Position numbers and translations under genes: made by a program. Of a stretch of 11,197 nucleotides of DNA, positions 1 through 7,416 are shown in pieces. The notes under the pieces were generated by a model, which worked only from the letters and a program-made list of their open reading frames with translations, searched no databases and was not told the origin of the DNA. The stretch's first letter is position 1; each line of letters starts with the position of its first letter. The DNA is from Paraspadella gotoi (lineage: Eukaryota; Animalia; Chaetognatha), in assembly GCA_051294375.1 (NCBI GenBank), contig JBJCIZ010000850.1, positions 1 through 11,197 of the forward strand. The letters are read 5' to 3'.

Positions 1-175
1 TTGATAGGAGAGAGAATGCCTGATGGAATTTTTTGCCATCTCTGTTGATTTTGCCTGTTAGAAGTTGAAGAGGTTCCATGATGAACTGATAGATGTCGCT
101 CATGCGTCAGCTCTTTGACGGGAGAGTTCTGAATGGCCATCGTGATGAGAGAGATGTAAGTTAGTACGGGGGTTT
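1..175 (-). other. Forkhead (winged-helix) DNA-binding domain, N-terminal part (helices 1-3), truncated by window edge
   Basis: KPPY...YISLI.[13 protein letters not shown] and the helix-3 motif WQNSIRHSLS are read on the minus strand across small indels. Confidence 0.93.
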
Positions 176-789
176 TCGGTGCGTATGTACGATCGTCCTG
201 TACGACTTTTTCCGGAGCGTTCTTGAGAGCGGCGACGGAGGCGGCGGTTCCGGGAGAGACCGCCGGACGCCGCCGCCGCCCATGGCTCCGAGGGTTGGAG
301 ACATGGAGGAATGGATATCCGCCCATGATGCATGGGCGGGGCCGGGTACCGCCCATGGAAGGGGCTCAGTCCGCCGTGAGCCCCTATGCCGTATTGTAAG
401 GATGTCCGGCGCCCGGCGTGGCCAAACCGTGTCGGCGCGCCCGTGCGCGCTTAGGCGGCCATGGACGGCGCCCATGTCGCGCCGATGGAACCCATGGAAA
501 CCGATGGTGCCCATGAGGAAACGGGCGTGGAGGACGGGACATGGCGGCGTTGCCGGCTCCGGCGCCGCCGATCGCCGCGGCAGCCGCCGCAGCGGCTCCC
601 ATGGCGCCCATTACCGTGGACCCATGGAATGGAGGAGGCGGCGGTGTGATAATGGGGACATGAGTCCCGCGGCGGCGCCCTATGGACGAGGCGCTCATCG
701 GAGGTTCTGTGATGCGGAGACCCGGATGTAGTCGGAAAGTGCATCGAAAGTCGGCCGAGGTCCGTAACCTCCGGGCTTCTGGCTCACAT
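1..789 (-). CDS. FoxA: FoxA / fork head (HNF3-class) winged-helix transcription factor, 5' partial, frameshifted as sequenced
   Basis: Manual minus-strand translation gives clean blocks [18 protein letters not shown] (158-105), SDIYQFIME (100-74), RQNQQRWQ (56-33) and NSIRHSLS (30-7). These are preceded by a disrupted [13 protein letters not shown] and joined by 1-2 nt insertions. This matches the FoxA signature [25 protein letters not shown]...RQNQQRWQNSIRHSLSFND. Upstream lies a Met/Gly/Ala/Ser-rich region (MGAMGAAAAAAAA, SSMSPTLGAMGGGG) typical of FoxA N-termini. ATG-TG-AGC-CAG-AAG-CCC-GGA-GGT-TAC at 789 reads M(L)SQKPGGY if one base was lost. The gene continues beyond position 1. Confidence 0.93.
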
Positions 790-1637
790 GTCCGGGAAGG
801 GAGACGAATCGGCGTCGATCAAGGTGTGTCGCGTCCATCCTTGAAGACGCGATTGGCCGTTTTGATGAGGGGGAGGATGTTTGAGGGGTCGGTGGTTGAA
901 GGCGGCGTTTTCCGGGGGTGTTGGAAGGAGTTTGGAGCTTGTGTTCGCGATTTAGAAATTGGGAAGAGTTTAAATGGAAGACGTTTTTAAAATAAGCATT
1001 TTGAATAGAAAATGGATTTAGTTGGAGATTTTTTTATATTATTATTATATTTACGTTGTTTTTTTTGGTTTGTGCTGTAGTTATTTTCGTGTAGTTTTAA
1101 TCGCGGACGTGTACTTTAGCTTATATTGCGAACAAAAAGAGTGTTTTCGTTTTGACTAGTTCTCAGAAATTTAGTTCTTCAGTATTTTGTTCTTACAATT
1201 TTTCGGGGTTTTGTTTTTGTTTCCAAAATGTTGAGATTATTTTTTGCAACGTGCGTTTTGAAGAAGATTAATGTTTGTAACAGTGAAGAGAGAGACAGGA
1301 GACGTTGTGAACATAGAGAGAGTAGCGGTCGACTGCTAGCGTGTGAATCGAGATGCCGCGGCGTTGCATCCTTGAAGAAAAGTTTTGTGCGCCCAGATGC
1401 GTTTCTGGTTTTATTGTTTAGTTGCGTCGTGTTATTCTTTTCAAAATGAAATTTGATATGTCAGAAGGCCCGGATAGCTGAAGTTTTCTGTATTTGCGTG
1501 TATTTCAGCGCGCGCGGGAGTGACGAAAATCAGGATGAAAGTAGAAAAGTTTTAATGAGAATCGAATTTGCATCGGAATCATTCGTCGCGAGAGACGAGA
1601 AATGGAACCGAATGAAGCCAGAAAAATTCGATGGAAT

Positions 1638-1671
1638 CGTCTGAGTGAAAATTCAAGAGATCGGAGACTGA
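1638..1671 (-). promoter_or_regulatory. Candidate FoxA core promoter: Initiator TCAGTC (A+1 = 1669) plus DPE AGACG at +28..+32
   Basis: Minus strand 1671-1666 reads TCAGTC (Drosophila-type Inr TCAKTY). 1642-1638 reads AGACG (DPE consensus RGWYV) at the canonical spacing. It is oriented toward FoxA, with GA-repeat tracts immediately upstream. Confidence 0.45.
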
Positions 1672-1719
1672 AAGAGGAGGGAGAGAGCGAGAGGCGGAAA
1701 GAGAGGTGGGAGAAACATT

Positions 1720-2010
1720 TGTAATGAGAGAGAGAGTAGAGAGAGAAGTTAGAGGTCTCCTTCGTTATGGAAGCGTGGGCGGAGAAGTGGGGAAGAGGGA
1801 AAGGAGCGGAATAGAGAAGATGGAGAAGAGAGAGAGGAGAAAGAGAGAGAGAGAGGAGGAGAGAGAGAGAGAGAGAGAGAGAGGAAGAGAGAGAGAGGAG
1901 GAAGAGGAAAGGAATGAGGGTTTTTTCTGAGAAATTCACCGCCGACGATAAGAGACCGGAGAACGAGGAGAGTAGGGTAGGAGGAAGAGGAAGAGGAGGA
2001 GGAGGAAGAG
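1720..2010 (+). repeat. Purine-rich (GA)n/(GGA)n low-complexity tract
   Basis: Runs of gagagaga and gaggaagagga seen directly. Confidence 0.85.
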
Positions 2011-2115
2011 TGAGGAGGATGGTTTCAACTCGGAAAAGGCGTCGTTTAGTGGATGGCAGGAACGTTCGTCGTCGTCGTCTGTGTCGTCGTTGCGTGATAG
2101 TTTCACCGATGGCCA

Positions 2116-2218
2116 GAAGAGAGAGAGAGAGAGAGAGTGAGAGAGAGAGAGAGAGATGAGGAGAGATGAGAGAGAAGAGAGATGAGAGAGAGAGAGTAGA
2201 GACAGAGAGAGAGAGATA
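2116..2218 (+). repeat. (GA)n microsatellite, imperfect
   Basis: Direct inspection. Confidence 0.9.
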
Positions 2219-2223
2219 GGACG

Positions 2224-2299
2224 TTATTTATCGGCGATCGCTATTGGCCGCCCCTTCTCCTTCTCTTCTTCTGTTGGCCCCGACCAAGGGGTGACGTCA
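2224..2299 (-). promoter_or_regulatory. Promoter-like island: CRE palindrome, GC box, CCAAT box, AT-rich TATA/Fox-like element
   Basis: TGACGTCA 2292-2299. On the minus strand: GGGGCGG (2254-2248) directly followed by CCAAT (2247-2243), then GATAAATAA (2232-2224). Lies in a short, mostly unique island between (GA)n and (CT)n tracts. Confidence 0.4.
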
Positions 2300-2302
2300 G
2301 GA

Positions 2303-2596
2303 TCTCTTTTCTCTTCTTGTCTCTCTCTCTCTCTTCTCTTCTCTCTCTCTCTCATCTCTCTTCTTCTCTCCTTTCTTCTCTCTCTGCTCTCTCTCTCTCG
2401 TCTCTCTCTGTGCTCTGGCTCTGTCGAAGACGCGGAGTTCGAGGGGCATTAAAAAATTGAAATATTCGAAAAGGATTCCTGTGAAAAATAGTTCTCCTTC
2501 CCTCTCACTTATGCGTCGTCGTCTGCCGCTGCTGTTTCCACTCCCTCTCCCTCTCTCTCTCTTTTCTCCCTCTCTCTCTCCCTCTCTCTCTCTCTC
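2303..2596 (+). repeat. (CT)n microsatellite tracts (about 2303-2412 and 2540-2596)
   Basis: Direct inspection. Confidence 0.85.
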
Positions 2597-3279
2597 GAAG
2601 ATTTGTTTATTGGCAAAGACCAAAACTTGGTACTCTTCGATTTCCGTCGTGTATGGCAAAAAAAAAATTATATAAATTAATTTTATGAATTCAAATAAAA
2701 CGATTTAGAATTTATTCGCCCGTTTTCTGAATTGCTTGCAATAAAACTGGTTTTTTTCAATTTATTGTTTAGTTTTTTTAAAAATCTCATAAAAAATAAA
2801 AACAAGGTTATACAAATTAGTATATAAACCTCTGACTGTCAGAAAATTAATCTCTATTAAACTTTATTGAATCCATTTTTCTGTTTTAAAACTTTTTAAT
2901 TGTTGATTTTTTTAGCTTCTAATCTTTTTACCACCCATATGAGGTGCCCGTATGTGACGTCCTATCGGTACGACCCCTCTGTACGCGCACCTCTGTCCGG
3001 CCCGGATATTGCCGAAAGAAGATTTGCTTTGACCCGAAAAAAGTTTCGATTGTAAAGAAGAAAACTTGAAACATTTTCTACGAAATATTGTTTATATGTT
3101 AAAGTCTTTATATATTCTTTGTCTATTTTTATTCATAACTTTCCGAGGGGACAGTATGGGTCTTGCTATTGTTGATTAGTTGTTTATGTTTGAATGATAA
3201 ACGGAGTCGTCGCGGTGCCAAGAAATTGTTGCGAGCCGAACGTGCTGTGAGTATTTTTAAGAGTGGGATACGTCTTTTT

Positions 3280-3530
3280 CGTGGCTCTCGCCGCGCGCGC
3301 TTCTCTCGGTGCTCGCGTCTCTCTCATCTGCTGCTGCTGCGTCTCTCGTCTCGCTCTCTGGCTCGTCGTCGTGCTCTCTGTCTGTGCACTGGCGCTGCCG
3401 TCCCTCTCCGTGCGGAGCGAGCGTGATTGCGTGCCTCTGTCGGCGATCTTCTCTTCCTTCCGCTCGTCGTCGCGGTCTCGTGCGGCGGTCGTGCTCTCTC
3501 GCGCTCTGCTCTGCTCTCGTCTCTGCGCGC
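3280..3530 (+). repeat. Pyrimidine/CpG-rich degenerate low-complexity region (CT, CGT, GCT units)
   Basis: Repeated ctcgtc/ctctg/gctc words; the plus strand is nearly devoid of A. Confidence 0.6.
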
Positions 3531-3977
3531 GGAAGCCGCGTGTGTTCATCGAACCTGGTCCCCAGTCATAGAATAGAGTTTAAATCTCGTAAATAAAAAA
3601 ACCGGATTTGAATAATTTTCTTCTGGTGTGGGTCGTGTGTTGCGCGTTGGCTCGAGAGTGGTTATATGTGTTGCGTTGGTGCGTCGCGTTGCCGTGTCGT
3701 GAGTCGTTGGGTTGGATCTGCGGTTGTTTCATTGTTTTGTGCGTTGATGATGGGTGCGTTGTCTTATATGGTATTACTTCTATATCTGTTGCGTTCGGTG
3801 TTGGCGGTGTGCGTGTGGTTTGGTGACGCGACAGCGCGGCGGCGCGCGCAGCGACGGCCGAGCGCGGGATGAAGAGAAAGAGGACGACTCGACGCGAGAG
3901 CGCGAGCTGTGGCGTGAGCTCCAAATCAAAAATTGGGAAACGGTGGAGTATGGATGGATGTGGGAGGTGTGAAGTGA

Positions 3978-4027
3978 GTGATGATGATGGATGATGATGA
4001 TGCATGATGATGATGATGATGTATGAT
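3978..4027 (+). repeat. (GAT)n microsatellite
   Basis: gatgatgatggatgatgatgatgcatgatgatgatgatgat. Confidence 0.9.
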
Positions 4028-4130
4028 GGTGTATACGTATGATATACGACCATCGCTGTAAACAGTGACAGTTCAAGAGAAAAGAGCAATGACAATGCTG
4101 ACACCTTAAAAATAATTGCAACGTCGGCTG

Positions 4131-4331
4131 GTTCTCTCTCTCGTCTCTCTCTCTCGTCTCTCTTCTGGCTCTCTCTCTCTCTCTCCCGTCGTGTTCTGCG
4201 TCTGCTCGTCTCCGTCTCTCTCTAGTGCGTTGTCAGAAATTTTTCTGAGTGTTTTCTCCTTTTAGCGACTCTGCCACTAAATCGGTCTGAGAGACCAACG
4301 ACGACGACGACGACGAACGACGACGACGAAG
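4131..4331 (+). repeat. (CT)n tract (about 4131-4222) and (GAC)n tract (about 4297-4331)
   Basis: Direct inspection. Confidence 0.8.
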
Positions 4332-4530
4332 ACTCCTCCCTGGGCGGCGCCTCTCTGGTCTTTTCTATTTCCTCTCTGTCTCTGTCGTTGTTCGTCTCCG
4401 TCTCGCTCTCTCGTTCAGATTTTCAAATTTGTACTTAGAGAAATGTTTTAAAATTATTTAACAAAATTCGAGTTTAAATTCTTAATCGTGATATCCACTC
4501 AAGGAAATATACGGAATGAGAGAGAGAGAC

Positions 4531-4555
4531 NNNNNNNNNNNNNNNNNNNNNNNNN
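4531..4555. other. Assembly gap, 25 N
   Basis: 25 consecutive n, flanked by GA-rich sequence. Confidence 0.99.
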
Positions 4556-4626
4556 AGAGGAGAAGGACTAGTAGAGAGACGAGGAGAAAAGAAAGAAAAT
4601 CAACTATTTTGTTTTCAGGATGGGTG

Positions 4627-4683
4627 ATCTCTCTCTCTCTTTCTCTCCTCTTTCTCTCTTCTCTCTCATCTCTCTCTCTCTCT

Positions 4684-4719
<36 letters not shown>

Positions 4720-4780
4720 TCTCTCTCTCTCTTCTCTCTCTCCCCCCCCCCCCTCTCTCCCTCTCTCTTTCCCTTTCTCC
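4627..4780 (+). repeat. (CT)n microsatellite with poly-C run
   Basis: Direct inspection. Confidence 0.9.
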
Positions 4781-4805
4781 TTTCAAGGATTTACTCTTTC
4801 CTGTC

Positions 4806-4932
4806 CACGTGACCGCTGACCTCGAGTCTCACCCTTTCACCCTTCGTCACGTGACGATTTTCTTCGCGTGTCACGTCGATGCGAAATCGTGACACGTGAC
4901 ATGGTCGTCTCACGTGACACGGACGTGACACG
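4806..4932. promoter_or_regulatory. Cluster of CACGTGAC E-box words / degenerate CGTGACA repeat
   Basis: CACGTG at 4806, 4848, 4893 and 4911, each followed by AC. Perfect 14-bp palindrome TCGTCACGTGACGA at 4844-4857. Further CGTGAC/GTCACG at 4870, 4888 and 4924. Confidence 0.5.
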
Positions 4933-5012
4933 ATGGGATAATTGGAGGGGAAAATTAAAGTTGGCGATTTTTTATGGCGCTGTTGGCGTAGAATGAGGAA
5001 GAGACGCATTGT

Positions 5013-5750
5013 GACAATGACGAAGATGACGACGATGATGACGACGAAGATGAAGAAGACGACAATGACGAAGATGACATCGATGATGACAACGACGATA
5101 ATGAAGACGACGACAACGAATGACATAGATAACGAACGACGACGACGTAGAAACGACGATGACATTTAACGACGATGCGACGAAGATGAAAGAAAGAGAG
5201 ATGAGAAGATGAACATCGATGATGACAACGACGGGGGGGAATTAAAAAATGGAAAAAAAAAGGGGGGAACCGGAAACCCCCCCGGGACAAACCGATTTGG
5301 GAAAAAAAAAAAACCAATAGATAACGACGACGACGACGGCGCGTAGACGACGATGACACCGAGATGACGACCGAAGATGAAGAAGACGAAAGATGACGAA
5401 GATGAACACTTGATGATGACAACGACGATGAATATGAAGAGACGAACAACGATGACATGAGATACGCACGACGACGACGTAGAACGACGATGACAAACGG
5501 ACAATGACGACGAAGATGAGAAGACGAAGATGACGAAGATGAACATGAATGATGACAGACGAGATAATGAGACGACGACCGATGACATAGATTAACGACG
5601 ACGACGACGTAGACGACGATGACAACGACGATGACTGGACGAATGATGAAGAAGAGAAGAATGACGGAAAGATGACCATCTGGATGATGAACGACGACGA
5701 ATGACATAGATGACGACGACGACGACGATGACGACGACGATGTTGACGAA
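5013..5750 (+). repeat. Compound (GAC/GAT/GAA) trinucleotide repeat with a ~130-140 bp higher-order unit, about 5 copies
   Basis: Anchor CGTAGA recurs at 5146, 5342, 5478 and 5608. Anchor GACAT(G)AGAT recurs at 5122, 5454, 5584 and 5703, plus a distorted copy near 5299-5322. Confidence 0.85.
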
Positions 5751-5815
5751 ATCTACTGCGTCGATCAGACGAATGAATTAGTTGACGGCGACAAAAGGAT
5801 TTATTCGTGTTATCG

Positions 5816-5835
5816 AAAGAGAAAGTGAGAAAGTG

Positions 5836-5866
<31 letters not shown>
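5816..5866 (+). repeat. (GAAA)n microsatellite
   Basis: gaaagaaagaaagaaagaaagaaag. Confidence 0.9.
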
Positions 5867-5870
<4 letters not shown>

Positions 5871-5974
5871 GCGCTAGAAGGAACTGAGGCTTTCAGGTTT
5901 GTAAATAGGCCAATAAAAAACTTAGGTGCCAAATCAGGAGTAATTATTATTCGCATCTTTTCTCCGATGTTTCT

Positions 5975-6025
5975 GTCTCTCTCTCTGTGCTTTGCCTCTG
6001 ACTCTGTTCCGTTTCTCTCTCTCTA

Positions 6026-6096
<71 letters not shown>

Positions 6097-6252
6097 TCTC
6101 CATTCTTTCTCACTACTCTCTCGTGCTTTCTTTTTTTTCTCAAGATCCAAATTTCTTTGTTTTATGAAAATTCGATTAAAAATTCCCGCCAAAAAAATCA
6201 GGTGAAAATAGTTTGTATTTTGATCTGAAGCGTTAAGTTTTAATCTTGAGTA

Positions 6253-6295
<43 letters not shown>

Positions 6296-6657
6296 TCTTC
6301 TTCTCTCTCTCTCTCTCTTTACTTATTCACTTCCGTTCCGTTCAGTATATATAAGAATTTACCGCAAAATAATTATTGCTTAAACCTTTTGTTAAAAAAA
6401 TTTCAAATTTAAAAGTTTAGAAATGATTTTTTAAAAAGCCATTAATCACTACCTTATTATTCCATTTTACTTATTAGGGTAAGTAGCAAATTTGAGAAGG
6501 TGACATATGTGTGAGTAGCGTCTCACGTGTGAGTCAGAGGCGAAGTTTACTCTCACCACACAGAACATTTTTTTCTTTCCAAAAACGCATTTTATTGGAT
6601 CCAAGAGAATCTCATATGAACCTTTCGCGAGGCGTCTTGCTCTTCTCTCTCTCTCTC

Positions 6658-6695
<38 letters not shown>
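5975..6695 (+). repeat. Three (CT)n microsatellites (about 5975-6092, 6253-6318, 6640-6695)
   Basis: Direct inspection; separated by AT-rich unique sequence. Confidence 0.85.
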
Positions 6696-6697
<2 letters not shown>

Positions 6698-6807
6698 ATA
6701 AGAATTTTCTGTCTTCCGCCTTTTTTTTTCCATCTTCTGCGCTAAAAACAAAAAAAAGAAAAAGAAAAAATTCGCTTTCTTTCTGTTTTTACTTTTTCAG
6801 TTCCAAC

Positions 6808-6950
6808 GGGAAAGAAAAAAAGGAAACGGAACGAAAAAAAAAAGAAAAAATAAGAGAGAAAGGGAAAGAAAAAAAAAGAAAAGAAAAAAAGAAAGAAAAA
6901 AGAAACGAAAAAAGAAAGAGGAAAGGAAGAAGATAAGAGAGAAAAAAATA
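6808..6950 (+). repeat. A-rich (GAAAA)-like low-complexity tract
   Basis: Direct inspection. Confidence 0.8.
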
Positions 6951-7416
6951 ATGTTGCGTGCTCGCGCAGAAAGATTAGTGCAGGCAGAAAAAAACATGGT
7001 TCGGGATATTGAGAAAGTTGAAAGTGATCCAAAAAAAAAGTATAGACAACCATAAATGAGACTGTCTCGATTCTTTCTTTTTCTTCTTTCTTTTTACTGC
7101 GAAAAATCGATGAAGTCTTAAACCGAACGAAATATATATTCGTCTTCTACCTCGACACAATCTATCCTCGGTAGTCGCCTCTTTTACTGCAACTTATCGC
7201 ACTCGCTGTCTCACCTCTTCAATGAGACAGATGCATAATGGGAATGATAATTTGTGTGGAACAAGTGAGCAGCAATTGCGAAAACTCTTCGTATCCAAGT
7301 GCGTGAGAGTAAATAGCTCCATATCTGAAGGTGTTAATTTTTATCATAGTCTGGTAAATATAATACACATTTTCTTTCTTTACTTGGAGGCAAGGCGACA
7401 AAGACATGAGTATGAT

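Noticed and set aside
100-744. Minus-strand ORFs 100-333, 161-514, 384-698, 451-744 as separate genes
   Set aside because: They are frame fragments of the single indel-broken FoxA CDS.
1-789. FoxA pseudogene interpretation
   Set aside because: Not excluded but disfavoured: lesions are mostly small insertions with near-canonical residues between them, and the window shows independent raw-read error.
282-990. Plus-strand ORFs 282-731, 461-649, 682-990
   Set aside because: They are antisense shadows of the GC-rich FoxA coding region; the recurring CCATGG words reflect Met-Gly/Ala codons on the minus strand.
1323-1370. Short imperfect palindromes TAGCGGTCGACTGCTA and GATGC...GCATC
   Set aside because: Too short to distinguish from chance; no supporting context.
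5233-5318. Homopolymer block as a biological element (G-quadruplex or slippage switch)
   Set aside because: It collapses exactly onto the neighbouring repeat unit and is best explained as sequencing stutter.
6504-6536. CATATG, CACGTG and TGAGTCA (AP-1) words in close proximity
   Set aside because: Single short words without repetition or other support.
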